DNA from: Chrysomallon squamiferum
Lineage: Eukaryota > Animalia > Mollusca
Assembly (NCBI GenBank): GCA_012295275.1
Contig: CM022672.1
Span: 11,842,001 to 11,906,000, forward strand
DNA length: 64,000 nucleotides
Direction of reading: 5' to 3'
Under the pieces are notes generated by a model that searched no databases, was not told where the DNA came from, and was given only the letters and a program-made list of their open reading frames with translations. The position numbers and the translations under genes were made by a program. Shown here one piece after another: positions 15,769 through 30,257 of this stretch. Each line of letters opens with the position of its first letter. The first letter of the stretch is position 1.

Positions 15769-15849
15769 GTGTGAGATGTTGCAAGCTTTGGTTTCTCTCC
15801 TGTCTTCACTCCCTGGTTTTGATGTTGCCTGTCTGTTTGGTGAGGGAGG

Positions 15850-16520
15850 GGAGGTTTTCAGAGGAAACCAGTCTACAGGATTCTTTTAATTTCCAACACC
15901 TTGTGTAATATTACCTGTCTCTTTCGTATTTGTCTGACAAACTAATGCCAGGGATTCTTTTAACTTCATACAAACTTCTTATTCCAGACATCACCTGTCC
16001 CTAGTCTTTTGGAGCATTTTTCAGAGAAACCATTACAAGAGATTAGATAGAGCCTCTATTTCTTTTTTTTTGTTATTGCTTGTGCATGACTGGGGTATGT
16101 CAGGGAAAATACTACAGAGTATTCTATTGATGTTTTTTTTTTTGGTTGTTTTTTTCAGTATTCCCTGACTATTAGATATTTTTCAGAGAAACCACTGCAG
16201 GACGTTTTTTTTCTTTTGATTCCTTCATTCTGATTTTTGATCTAGGTTGATGTTTTTCAAAAGATATTGCAAGGATATTATCTAGGTCCCCCATCGCCTT
16301 GTTTCAATATCACCAATGTCTTTGACATTTTTTTTCAAAATAAAAAACAACATTACAGGTAATTCTCTTGACATCTAACTCCTTGTTCTGATATCACCTA
16401 ATTCTTTGGTGTTTTTCCAAGAAATCGTTTCAGGGGATTGATTCTACTGACATTCAACTCTTTCTGCCAGCATTGCCTGTCTGTCTGACATTTTTCCAAG
16501 AAACCAATTTGTATTATGAC
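15850..16520. repeat. About 80-bp degenerate tandem repeat, about 9 units
   Basis: TTTTCAGAGAAACCA..CAGG..ATTCT..TCACCTGTC recurs at roughly 80-bp steps. Confidence 0.75.
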
Positions 16521-17134
16521 ATGTTACATTCCCTGACCACAAATGATATGAGGAAGAGCTGAAGATATTACATTAAGAAATTTTGTAGCCGAAATGGTTC
16601 TCCAGCACGCACATCCCCATCCGACACCGTTATTAAAACAGCTGGACTTCCATACTGGATGCAATAAAGTCTTTTGTTGTGTGTTGTGCCTTAACACCAA
16701 ATTAACTTTTTTCACTGGATGACAAGCTTCGTGAATACATGAAGCAATGTTAATAGAATCTCAACTTACAACAAGAACTGTAAAAAAATTAAAAATGTTC
16801 CAGTAATAGATAAATAACGTTTTCAGGCAGATTTTTTTATATTTTCATTTTGTAGAATTTTGTAATCATTACAGGATATTAAACCAGTGGTCTTTTTCTT
16901 TCATGTTACAGCTTTTGAGAAATTGTTTTTCAGTTGCCATGCAATATATTTAATCTTTATTAGAAATGAAAGCTTCGTTAGAGTACTGTTTTGAACAGTG
17001 TTCAAAAATCTCCAATATTTAATATTACATTTTGTTCAATATTACATTTTCCTTCTAAATGAATTGAAAGCTACATCGTTTTTTACTAAACCACAGAAAA
17101 TTAATGTAGAACATACACTTTAAAAAAAAAACTG

Positions 17135-17400
17135 GGTAATAGTTCAGTGGTTTGAATGTTTCCTTAAACTATTATAATTCATCGGATGAATCCTTCAAAG
17201 TGTGGGTCTTTGGGCTATTTCCAGTTCCAAATGGTGCTCCACAGCTCCTATAATGCTTTAATATGTATGACAATGTAGCCTATGTTTTAAAAATGTAACT
17301 GAAAATAGTAAACCTGAAAAATGGAGTCAGTAGGTTTTAGTTCTTGTATCATGACTGCATTTAAACATAATAGTATTACTATATCAAAATACAGGCTACC
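17135..17400 (+). mobile_element. Decayed SINE, same family, head first
   Basis: TAGTTCAGTGG (A-box-like), then TTGGGCTATTTCCAGTTCCA..GTGCTCCAC. Confidence 0.55.
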
Positions 17401-19484
17401 TCTGACACCTTATAAAAATCCAGACAAAATATGTTGAGGTGTCATTAAAAATGTATTTATTCACGTCCCCAAGATCTGACATATCTATTTCTGTCTGCAC
17501 TCCTCATGATGCTGAAATACTGCCCATTGTTTTCCTGTGGTTTTAGAAAGCTATTGTTGGCTGTCTTGACTTGACAAATATTGGTAGTCCACTGTGAACA
17601 AACTCTGCCATCTTGTTGATCAGCAAATATACATTCTAGTCAGGTGTCTGGAGTTAACCCATACTGAGACACAACACTCAGGCTTTGTGTCACAGTATAA
17701 CTAACCATCCATCCAGAAAACAAGATGATATTTAACTTTTTAAATGTCTGAATTTTCTGGAGGATATTTTCACTTGAGACAAACAATGGCAAAACATGAT
17801 CTTGTCTGTGGTGGTCTGATTAAACATAATATTAATACATTAATTTTCTCATACATTATACATACATTTACACTTCTCACTCAGATATATTCAAATACAT
17901 TAAGAAACACATACTGTGATATATATGTGCATGTGTGTGTGTGCATGTTTGTTTGCATGTGAGAAGATAATGAGTAGACACAAAGAGAAATACAACCACA
18001 AAAACATAAACACACACACACCATATATATATATACTTACTTAAACATATACATATACACAGACACATACATAAATAAAACATATCACCTTTTGCACACT
18101 ACATATAGACTCACATGCACTGTACAAGGCACTCAATCATTAATAAGTTTTATAATCAACAAGTATTGAAACACAATCATATATACTTAAACATATACAC
18201 AGATTACCTAAACATATACTAACATACATTAATACTATACACCTTCTATGTGCACACACATGTGCACACAAACACACACACACATATAAACACAAACAAA
18301 TTTAATACATATACACATATATTAACAAGACCATATACTTAACATACACTCCCCAAACACATATGCACACACACACACACATACACACAGAGAAGGGATT
18401 GACTTGATAAAAGGAAAATGTCTCAGCTTTAATAAAGTTATCATGCAGTTCTAATCAGGGAATCACTTCAAAAGGAATCCATTAGACAGAACACACAAAC
18501 TAAACTGATACTGCTGCTATGGAAGATACTTCATATAACAGGCAAGCTTGTCATCGCGCACATTATGTTCATGGTTCACCGAACAAATGCTCTTTAATAT
18601 TCCAAATTTCTCGCAGGTGTGCACACGGACAAAAGTGAACAAAAACTCGTCATAAAAAATCAAAGCCAGAACAATTTTGCAGACATAACCTTCTAGATCT
18701 CTGTGAATATTTCATTAAATTTTCACAAAGGATGAATTCCAAGTGTAAAATCCATATAAGTGAGCCCCAGCCGTGGTGCTTTGTGCTGGAGAAAGGGTAT
18801 GTAATGGAGAGTATTATAAAGAAGCTAGCATTCTGCCCATCATACATTAGCAGCTCATGTCCATACTGAAGATAAACTGATCGTAAAAGTCACGTTTTTC
18901 TTTCTAGTGCTTTTAGTTCTATTCAGATCAGTGAAGTTTTTGCTTTTTTAAAAACAGAAGATGTATAAGAACATTATTTAACGATTAATTTTGTTTTATT
19001 ATTATTATGTAAAGAGATTTATTGGAAAAATATGAATAAGATTAAAAACAAAACAAAACAAAACAAAAGAAAATGATAGCAAATATTAAAATAGTAAATC
19101 CATTAATATTTATTATTTTTTATTTTTTTAAGGGGATTATAAGATAATGAAAAATAAATAAAACTGATACAAAAACAAAAAAATATATAAAGCATAAACA
19201 AAAATATTAATCAAAACTATTTCTTTACACAACTATCTCTACACATTTTATTTAATTAATATTTTCAAAAATCTAATTTTAAAAAAACAATTTCACAAAT
19301 TGCAGTAAAGACATTTAGCCCTTGACTGTGAGAATGTCTGGTGTGCAGTGAATAGCAATGAAGTATTTGACCAAGCTGACAAGAATATTTTCAAACGGGA
19401 AAGAACTTGCTCGACCCTTGATCAATACTGTCATCTGTCATGAAATGACATTCAAGTATCCTTGCAAATCCAAGAAGCTCAGTC

Positions 19485-20075
19485 TTGGTTTCTCACTTAC
19501 ATCTCACATCATTTGTTTTTCTTTTCTTTTGGTCTCACAAAATACTCTCTTTTCTTTTCTCTGGGGGTTTTCAGAATATATTTTTTAATTCAGATTCTAT
19601 CACAACATAATGTTTTTTGTTTTCCTTCACATCTTTGCAGTTGTAGCCTCAAAGATTTGGTCTCACATCAGACTTTTTTCTTTTCACTGCATCTAATAAC
19701 TTTTCACTGCATTGTTTTAAGCTGGTCTCACAACATACTTTTTATAAAATTTTAATTTTTCTCACAACACACTTTTGGGTTTTTTTCAGGATTATTTGGG
19801 GTTTTTTTCAGTTCATCTCAAAATATCTTATTTATTTATTTATGAATATTATTATTTTTGACCATTCACTTGGTTTCATAATATACTTTTTCTTTTAATT
19901 TGTGAGGTTTATTTATTTATTTATTTTTTGCTGGACTCACGAAACACCTAATTTTTCTCTTCATCTCACTACATACATTTTTTATTTCATGATCAGGTGA
20001 AAAACACTATTTTTTAATGTGGTCTCACAACATATTTTTTCTCCCTTTTTTTCATGATCTCATGAAACTGTTTTT
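19485..20075. repeat. Degenerate array of GGTCTCACAACATA plus T-tract, about 10 copies
   Basis: Best copies near 19531, 19659, 19724 and 20021; spacing is irregular. Confidence 0.65.
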
Positions 20076-20974
20076 CAAAACAGGTCTGAAGGCAGAAAAA
20101 AAGAAAAGAAAGAAATCTGAATAACAACCAGTTTAACTCAAACACTGGTCTAACTGCTGCAGTTTCCTTGTTGTCTGTTCTCATCCAGTGTCGAAGTTTA
20201 GCACCTACTTTCTGTGTTTGCCTAGATGGCCGTGTCGCAGATAGATAAAGAAGCCCTAATTCCATCCATAGAGACAGGTTGTTTTTCAGTACACATCTTT
20301 GCCATGCAGAATAATGATTTCAAAAGTGTTGCAGCTTATTATTATTGACTTATACCTTTCTTACCTCTATTATGAGAATATTTCTTTTGTTGGGGTGTTT
20401 CTATGAATCTGGCACTTTGCGGAAAATGCTGGACAGAATGGACATTGTCTAGATGGTTATAATAATACACGATGGTCATTTAAAGGTCAATTTAGCATGA
20501 ATGTGGAAAGAAGAAATAGATTTGGACAAAAAAAGAAAAATATGAATAGAAGATATGGTGTATTAATATTTACATTTCCTATACTCTGCCCAGTAATTTT
20601 TATCTTTCTTAACGTTTGTTTGCTTTAAATATTTGGCCTATTAATGTAAGATATGTGATATTTTTTGTAAAGGTGTTTTGTAGTGGAGATAGAGTTTCTG
20701 AATAATACATACCTTTGTACCAAACACATTTATAGAAATAGGATTTCATATTAATAAGGGAGAGGCCTTATTTTTAAAGACAGTAATATTATTTTTATTA
20801 TTATTATTTTTTTTATGATTTACTTTTAACCTTCACAATTAAAAAAATAAAAAATAAAAAATAAATAAATAAATAAATAATAGAAAAGCAAATAATAAGA
20901 CAAGAAAATAAAAATAAATACAAGAATAATTAATCAAACAAACAAAACAAATTTAAAATTTAAAAAAATAAAAA

Positions 20975-21005
<31 letters not shown>

Positions 21006-21669
21006 CCGCTCCACAAAGAAAATGTTTCCAAATTTATCACAATTATTTTTTTTTTTTTGTTATTATTATTATTAAAATTCAGATTAGAATGTGAAGGAGG
21101 AACACCCTTAAGCCACTGGGGTTATCACCAGCCCAAAATAAAAACTTGATTAGAAAAATTAAAATCTCAAAAGCTTCGTTTTTTTAACAGAAGAACAATG
21201 CACTGTTGATTGGCAGCCAGAACCTTATTCCAAGTTTCTCATTTTATACAAAGAATGCATTCTGCACAGGCGCAGCCAGAAAAAAAAAAAAAAAAAAAAT
21301 CTGTCTGCAATTTGTGATCATATTACAAGAAAACAATAAAGATCTTTGTGTTTTAGCTCGAAGTCAAGAAGACCTGCATGTTTGAAAAGAATAGGAAGAT
21401 AATGATTAACAAATGACAATCATGCTGAAAATGATTAACAAATGACAGCAAAGATAATCAGGCACCACACTAATAATAACTTGCCAGACTGTAGTCTTCG
21501 TGTCTCATTTTCAAAATTTACTTTTTAGATGTTTCATTGAAAAGTATGAAGACTTGTAACATCCAGGAAATTGAAAAAAATAAAAGTGGGCACTAATTTT
21601 AGAAACTGATTTCGTTTCTTTTGTAGGTTTTTTTTTTTTTTAAACTTTTGAGATATCTTTAATGAAATT

Positions 21670-21900
21670 ATTTAGTGAAGATTTTAATGATGATGAAGAC
21701 ATTTAAAAGTCAAAGAAATTAAAAATTGAAATTTGGCACCAGTATTATGAAGTTTAATATTTCACATTTTTATATTTTTTCACATTTTTACAAACTGTCA
21801 GAAGTAATCAATGAAATGACATCACTAGTGGAAATTTTAATGATGATGAAGATATTTAAAAGTCAGAGAAAATAAAAACTGAAATTTGGTACCAAAATTA
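21670..21900. repeat. About 155-bp spaced duplication
   Basis: TTTTAATGATGATGAAGA(C/T)ATTTAAAAGTCA..TGAAATTTGG(C/T)ACCA twice. Confidence 0.8.
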
Positions 21901-22984
21901 GACATTCCAGAATTGATGAAGAATTTTTGTGTTTATATTTTTATTTTGTTTAAGAAATTTAAAAATTTTTTAAAAATACTTTTTTTTTTTTTTTTTTCAA
22001 TTATTTCATTTTGTATTTTTATATATTAATAGAAAAATGGGCACCAGCCATACAGAAACAAATGTCTTCACTTATTTAAGTTTTTATTTTCATTTTGTTT
22101 GACTTTGAAAGCATTCATGCTGAAACAAAGTCTGTATCTATATCTTTTATATTTTTGTTTTGGCTTTTATTTCTGACTTTTAAAGACTTTAAGAATTATA
22201 CAAATCTCAATATTTTACACAGCTACTGAATTATAAAACTGGACATTAATATATCTTTGTGTGCCACTTATGTGTTTATCTTCTTGATATTTTGACTTGA
22301 AAAGTCATCACGCTTATAAAAATCAGAAACAATTTCATCAGTTATTTTATTGTAATATAAATTTGTAATTCTGTACAGACTAAGAACAAAAAAAAATTGA
22401 AAAAACTTTATAAAAATTTATAATTTATCACAATAATTATTAACATCATGATATATCAGTTTTAAGTCTTCATTTTCAACTTTATAAGTCATCATAAAAA
22501 GATTAAATATTTAATAGTGCTTTAAATTTTTATAATCAACTTTATAAGTCACTGCTATAATTTTTTTTAATTTTCCTACATCTGTTTTAATTCTAAAATT
22601 TTATACTTTAAAATGTGAACTAATCATCTGATTAAGGATAAAAACATGCTGAAAGCATGCTCCATTTCAATCCTGTCTTTAAATTTAATATCCACATCAG
22701 ATAGTGAAACAATATGAAGTCTGTTTTATAAGATTAAACATGTATCTGCTAGACTCCATTCCTTCCAGAGAGTTCTTAATACTGTAAGAATATCACCATG
22801 CTGTGTCTTACATGCATTTCTAATCACAGGTTAGAAAATATATACATATATTTTTTTGTTCCCAATTTATCCAGTGGAACTGTATAAATGAGAATCAGAA
22901 ATAAAAACGTTTGCTCTGTGAACTACTACTGCATGAAATAAAATAATTATCTGTAGTAATCAGTTATACTCTCTGGAGAGAAGA

Positions 22985-23320
22985 AAAGCTATTTCATTTA
23001 ATGATGCACAAAACATAATTTTAATCTGTGGTTCATGATGTCATTTACGAGGAAACATCCAGTAGCTTGTATTTTTCTGTTATCACCAAAGAATATTTTA
23101 TACACACCTTAACATAGATATGAAAGCACCATTACTTTTTTCATAGTTAATAATTTATGTATATAACCTGTAATAATTTATTATATAACCTATAATAATT
23201 TATGTATATGACCTATGATAAGTTATTATATAACCTGTAATAATTTATGTTTATAACCTATAGTAATTTACTAATATAACCTATAATAACCATTGTTGGT
23301 GTGCTGGCTGGATTGGAAAA
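22985..23320 (-). mobile_element. Decayed SINE interrupted by a minisatellite
   Basis: ATTTAATGATGCACAAAACA tail, GAGGAAAC, TTTTATACACACC, then the 23-bp array, then GTGCTGGCTGGATTGGAAAAT. Confidence 0.5.
23151..23290. repeat. 22-23 bp minisatellite, about 6 units
   Basis: TAATTTATGTATATAACCTGTAA and variants. Confidence 0.9.
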
Positions 23321-23471
23321 TGTGAGATTGTACAGGAAAGAGATTGCCAAATTTACACAAGAAAAAAAAATACTGCAAAATATTAATGGATTTCAAAAAT
23401 AAATTTTAATAATAAAAGGTCCTACTCTTCTTAAAATAAAATATCAAATTATCATATATAAAATATCAAAT

Positions 23472-23506
<35 letters not shown>

Positions 23507-25391
23507 AAGTAGTATAAAAATATTATTTTCATGGAAAGTCCTCTTTGTTTCTGTTTCCAAGGACTTGAAATGATGTAGTGTATGTATGTAACACCATATT
23601 TGAACAGAACAACAAACTAAAACCCAGCCATGCTGCACACATTTGATTTTTACATTAACAACAGCAGAAAAAAAAATCTACAAAAAAAAAATCTTGTAGC
23701 CAGATGTTACCTGTCTTTCACCAGCCTATCATTTAAAAAAAGTTTCAAACATAATGTGAAAGTAATTCTCTTTTTACAAGCAAAATTTGCACGACAGGAT
23801 GAAAAACCATATCATGTATACTAGTCCAATGTTACAAAAATGGATGGAAAAAAAATGTAATATACTGTTTGAAAACTGTGTAAAAAAAATCATATTTATA
23901 CTAATCCACTGTCTGACTAAGACATTCTAAGAAATTTTAACATTATAGGCTCATAACAATAAACTGTATTTTAACGTACCAATGTCTTGTAAAGATTTTT
24001 GATTTTCTACATTTAAGATTGGTTACAAAATGTCTGACAGAAATAAATAAATATGATAAGCTGTCAAACAAGAAAATATATATTTTTAAAATTTATTATT
24101 ATTATTATTATTTTATTTCTGAAGAAGGAAACATAAAACATTTGAAAAGAAAAAGAAAAAAAAATTCATAAAAGTAAAATATTTTATTTATAATGATACT
24201 TTTGATAATTTATGAATTAATTAAATTTTGATGAAAGAAAAATGAGAAATTTTATCAGTAAATAAAATAATGATAATAAATAAATAAAAAAATAATAAAA
24301 TAAATAAAAATAAATGACAAAAAGCGTAATTAAATATTAAAAAAACAAATAAAAAAAACAACAAAAATATAAAATACAATAAAATTAAATTAAATTAAAT
24401 AAAAATTAAATTAAATTTAAAAAAAAATAAAATAATAATAATAAAAAAAAATCAAAGAAACAAAAAAAGATTTATTTTATTATACTATTTTTAAGTATTA
24501 ACAAAATTTAATTATATTTATACACTGAATACAGATTTTTTATTTATTTTATTTTTTTTTCAGTATTATCAACAGCTTTATTAATGGAAACACACTAATG
24601 TAGTTTAAAAAACAAAAAAATAAAATTTTGTGAAAATAATAATAATAATAAAAAAATAAAAGAGATTTAGGTAGTTAATAAAATTAACTAATTTAAATTA
24701 CTTTTTTTTTTTTTTTTTAATTTAAACTTTAAAAACCCATTTATAATGAAGTGTTCTGTTGAGTAAGTTGTTCCTGCAAGATTAATTTTAAAGCTGGTTT
24801 ACATTAAAAAAAAAACACACACCCACAAATCAATGATTTGTATGAACTGATGTTTTATTTTGAAAAATCTATATTGTTTTCATTATCTAGCATCTGAACA
24901 AGTGTCCCTGTTGAACTTAGGTAATAAATATTTTAATAGAAATATTTTTTTTTTAAATGTATGTAAAAAAAAAAAATAATAAAAATGAAAGATTTCTTAA
25001 AAGGAATTAAATTGTGTAAATAATTATATGAATAAAAAATGAAAATAAAGTCTTTATTTAGAATCTAAACCAATATTAATGTTTAAAAAAAGAAGCTTAA
25101 ACATGAGATAGAGTGTGTGAAATTAGATAAATATTAATTGTAAATTGAGTGCATTGCTAGATGCCTTGTTCAGTGTGGCTGACTGAAGAATTGAACTACA
25201 CAGACTGAGTCTTCTCGTCAAGGATGTATTGTACTAAGTAACCTGGTATTCAATAATTTATATAGAGTTAGCTATAGCTGTATCAGATCTTAGATAGCAG
25301 ACAACAGATTGCAATTTACTAATCTGTATCTTACTAATATTGTAACATGAATTGCTATCCATGTTTTAAATGTATTACATAATGTATGTGT

Positions 25392-25393
<2 letters not shown>

Positions 25394-25424
<31 letters not shown>

Positions 25425-25425
25425 T

Positions 25426-25474
<49 letters not shown>
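25394..25474. repeat. Compound (GT)n(CT)n microsatellite
   Basis: Seen directly. Confidence 0.95.
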
Positions 25475-25479
<5 letters not shown>

Positions 25480-26390
25480 ACATATATACACACACTTATA
25501 TATATTCTGCATTTTCACACACATACAGGTACACTAACATATAAAAGATACACATACGACATTATGACTCAGACCAAATCAGAAAGAATTTACGTAAGAA
25601 GTGAAATTTATTCTTGATGCTGTAACATCACCTGCCTATTAATTTCTGCACATCAAACACACAGGCCACCATCAACTACACACACACAGCTGTGTGCAAA
25701 ACTATGTGCACAGATACACATGTTGTCTATGCTTTATAATATATTACAAAGAGTACATATGATCCATCAAGGTTTCATCAAGATATTTTCTCAAGACATA
25801 TTGGTTTACCGAGTCATAAAGTTGAATATAAAAGAAGTAAATACATTTTTACATTTTTTGTTTAGTTAAAGGCACCATATCTAGAGTGTCTCTTACATCA
25901 TATAAAATGAGACACATATATTATAAATTTCATTCAGTATGTAATAAAGGCATTTTTATAAATAATTCTCTATGTTTTTTTCTTCTTTTTATCATGATAA
26001 TTTAGTATCATAGAGGCAAACAAATACTGCAACAATGATAAATGTATTTTAATTTAAATAATTTTTTTTTTTTTTTTAAAACTAGAAAAATATTTAAAAT
26101 TTAAATCAAAGAGCATTATTTTAAATAATAAATTAATCTGTGATATATTGTTAGGGAAATTTGACTTTAAACAAGTACTTATTTTATGTGTTTTTAACAA
26201 TATTGTAACAGACATAAAATGTAAATTTATTAACTATATAAAAATTGTAATAACTTCTTTTTGTTTGAAATGAGTCATATTACAGACTATTTCCATAACT
26301 CATCTATAAGAAGTAAATACACATGATATCACATACTCACTCACTCTCTTTCTTTCTTTCTTTCTTTCTTATACACACCCCTCATACCCA

Positions 26391-26392
<2 letters not shown>

Positions 26393-26462
<70 letters not shown>

Positions 26463-26463
26463 A
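26393..26463. repeat. Compound (CT)n(CA)n microsatellite
   Basis: Seen directly. Confidence 0.95.
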
Positions 26464-28734
26464 AACGCGATCCCTGGGAATATATGTATATGACTAATTA
26501 CTATGAAAATCTGAATACCAAACAGAAACATATTCCTAACACTCCTTCAGTAAAAATTTACATTTTTGTATTGTTACTTTAGAAAGGTTATTTCTGCACG
26601 ACTGTATTACTGCTGTTAATTTTAATTAAGATTATTAATAATTTACAACAACACACACATGTAATGAATCAGTTAATTGAATTAATACCCATAAAATAAT
26701 TATTTTATTTTGAGCTGAGTGTAAAGCTGGAAGTTTTTGCTACTGTAAGTTTATAATAATGATAATGATAATAACAATACATTTTTATGCATTAACTGCC
26801 ATATAAAATTGTCTTAAATGCCATCTCTTTTGGGCAGGTTTTTAATTTATTATCATTATTATTATTTTATTTTTTTTCCCCATTTCCAACCACAAATTTC
26901 ACTACAAATATATTTATCATTCAAATTTGGAAATAAAATGTTCATATATTAAATATTACACAACACAGCACATGGTAGGTTTATCTGTTTTAACACATAT
27001 AAGTCCAATTAGCATATTATTTTTTTTTTTTTTTTTTTTTTTCATAATTTTACTTCAAATAATTTGTGTTTCATATTCTGACAACCCACGTACTACCTTC
27101 TACATATTAACTATGAGATAAAATAATATATAATTTCTGTCTTCAGTATGTTTCTATAGTGTGTACAGTTACTACTGAGTGAGAGCAATGGCTCTATTAT
27201 CAATCAACATTTGAATAATTAATGATCTCCAACGTAAACTGGCGATCCACTGTCATGTCTTCCACTCTGTTGTATAATCAATAATAACCCATTTTATTTA
27301 TACATGTAGAACAATGATGTACATTTACCTACAATGTTTTTTTTTTGTTTTTTAAAGTACAATATATTACTTTGTATGACAACTAAGGAAAGAATGTAAT
27401 ACAAAAAACGTTATCATATTTCAGGACATTTTTTTTCCTAAAACGATATAATTTTAATAATAATAAAAAAATTTACAATAAAATTATGTTATTATTTTTT
27501 TTTGTTCTTATAATTTAAATATTTTGAAAGAAGAAGAAGAAGAAAAAAAGAATCCATCTAAGTACATATAAAATGTTTATAGGTTGGGGAGTCAAGCTTT
27601 TTATCCCCACTGGAGCGAGTAAAAGGGGCAGAAGTGAACACCACAATAAAACTGTTACAGTCTACAGCTAGGTACAAGAAGTGAGTCCACTGACAAGAGC
27701 AAACATTTTTTTACTAGTATCAGGTTTACAAAAATAAGGGTGTCCAGAGAGCAAATTTCTCTTTCTATTTTCCAAAAAGAATAAATAATTTTATAATTTC
27801 AAATACTGAAAATGCCAAATATGAACTGAAACAATGAGTTAAAAAATGTTCAGTCAGAAATATTATTATTATGATTGTGGTGTGTTTTGGGAAAGACTGT
27901 TTTAAAATAAACTTCTACTTCTTCAACAAATAAAATAAAGGTAGATAAATCATTTATAAATATTTTTTAATATCTGGGTTTTTGAAAGTAAATACTGAAT
28001 TTAGAGACACAAATACAGAGAGTTAGTTGACATTTAATATTTGATATTTAATTAAATATAAAATGATTAATATTCTTAATATGCTTTACCTTTTTTACAC
28101 AATAAATATTTTAGAAACCTAAATTCAGTACATTTTGCCCTTATAATAATTTATTTAAGAAAATAATTTGAAACATTTCACAAATGATATAATTACTGTG
28201 TCTGGAAATGTATCAGAAAATTTCTGGTTTAAAACCTTTTAATAATAAGGCAGAAAATTATAACGTTTTATTTAGATTTTTGTTTTTACATTTTACATAA
28301 TTACAGGGATGGGGGAATTAATATTAAAATTTTAACCATTCCATAAATTATGTGGTGTCTGAAATTATTCAGTAAAATTAATTTGTTCCTCTTTTAACCT
28401 TTAGACAATTACAGGCAATGGCAGAAATTTGAAACATTCCATAAATTATATTGTACTAAAATGTCTCTCCTTTTTTCTTTTTTTTTTCTTTAACAATTAG
28501 AGGGATAAGAAAAATAAAATATAAACTAAAAAACATGTTGCAATCTATACTGCATCCTTAATTTTCTAAGATCTTTTTGTTTTATTTTTCCACTAAAGAA
28601 AATTATATTTAAAAAAAAAAAATATATATAAAAAGGATTTCTTTTTACTCCATCAAAAATTACATGGTTGGGGGAAAAAAAAGAAAAAAGATAATCAAAC
28701 CATGAAACAATTCTTAAAAAAACTTATTATGGTC

Positions 28735-28807
28735 TCCCCTCACTTTTGTTCTGTGTTTTTTTTTTTCAAATTCTTTTTATCTCTTTTGTTTTGTTCTCCA
28801 GGTAAGT
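28735..28807 (+). other. Recursive-splice-like site (3' splice site abutting a 5' splice site)
   Basis: Branch-like CCTCAC near 28738, about 55 nt of pyrimidine-rich tract, no AG for about 100 nt, then CAG (28799-28801) immediately followed by GTAAGT (28802-28807). Confidence 0.5.
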
Positions 28808-30251
28808 TTTCTTTTTAATTTATATGCAGTGTTAAAATCTTTGACTTGCTTCAGGATGCACTGTTGCAGTGAATGACAGTTAAAAAAATAACATACATCA
28901 AATTCCAATTTTGCCTAAGGTGAATTAACATACTTTGATACATACATACTCTAAAATGAACTGAAAATATACTGCTTTGAAATAAAATAAAAATCTGATC
29001 CTGCGAGACAGTTTAGCTATAAATAATTAATGACTGTGCAAGCTTTAAAGCAAAATCTAGCTTTCAAGTCTGTAATATTATTTTAATATACTGTTTTTAT
29101 ATGAAGAAATTGATTTTTAATAATAAATTCTATATGCTCCCTATTATATCATATGTGTATGTTGATTATTATTCATCCATTTACCATTTCTATATATATA
29201 TATATATATGTGTATATTAGTTTATATATACACTTTTTGAAACTTGAATTATTTATGTTAATTATTGTTCTTTATCCAAATTTTAAAATAATTCTACTTG
29301 TATATGTTAATATCAGTTCCTTTTCAGTGGTACATTTGTATTTTAATATATTTTTTAACATAAATAAAAATAAACTTACAAATTCTACATAACTGTATGT
29401 GTATTTTGTACAATACCTAATTCATGAAAAATTATTATTTTGAGTGTTCTTACTTTTAAATAAAATAGTTATTACGGTTTAAAGAAAGTATATGGCTTCA
29501 GGAACATAAAATATTATAATAAATACTAAAATGCTGAAAATGTGATATCTTATTTATTTGACAAAATAAAATTGTATTTCTTTTAAAATTTTCTTTTCTT
29601 TTCTAAATTTATTTTAGTCATATTAGTAAGTTATTTTATGGAAATTTCCAGTGTTTAAAAACTGCTAGTTTATTTAACAATTTAGAAATTAAATATTTCT
29701 CTAATTTATTTAATTGTTTTATTTTCTTGTTTAAATATTTAACAAAACAGTTTTCAGAAATGCTGTATGTCTGCAAAGATCTGGATTTAAAGTGTCTTAA
29801 GAAGGAAAACATAAGCTTATTAAAAATGTATACAACTTTTGAAGCTAAATCTTATATAAAAAAACCCACAACAATACAGACTTTCAAAATGTCTAGATTT
29901 TTCTGTCACAAAATAAAAGAAAAACTGGAGGATTCAGGTTTTCTTCATTCTAGACAAAACTATCAGTTTTCAGTATAATAAAATAATTTTAAAATCTTTT
30001 TTCTATTTCTCAGAGATAGCTGTTTATATAATGCTATACAGTTCTGCCTTACCATTTTATCTAAAGCAAATTTACTACAATTAATAACACAAGGAGAGAG
30101 AAATCTGATTCTAACTGTTATATAAAAGTATATGTAATATCATTGATATCTGATGGCCATCTAGTACAGTCGTTGTGTATGGTTACTAGGAGTGAATGAT
30201 ACTTGTTTTATCTGCCTTGGTATGAATAATTAATAAACTCAGAATGAAAAG

Positions 30252-30257
30252 ACTCAC
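30252..30257 (-). other. 5' splice donor GTGAGT
   Basis: Plus strand reads gactcaccta, i.e. TAG|GTGAGTC on the minus strand, directly after the signal-peptide frame. Confidence 0.78.

Larger units (their letters stand above)
1..30257 (-). other. Putative very large first intron (may contain micro-exons)
   Basis: No normal-sized exon compatible with phase 1 was found by eye between the donor and the window start. Inference. Confidence 0.5.
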
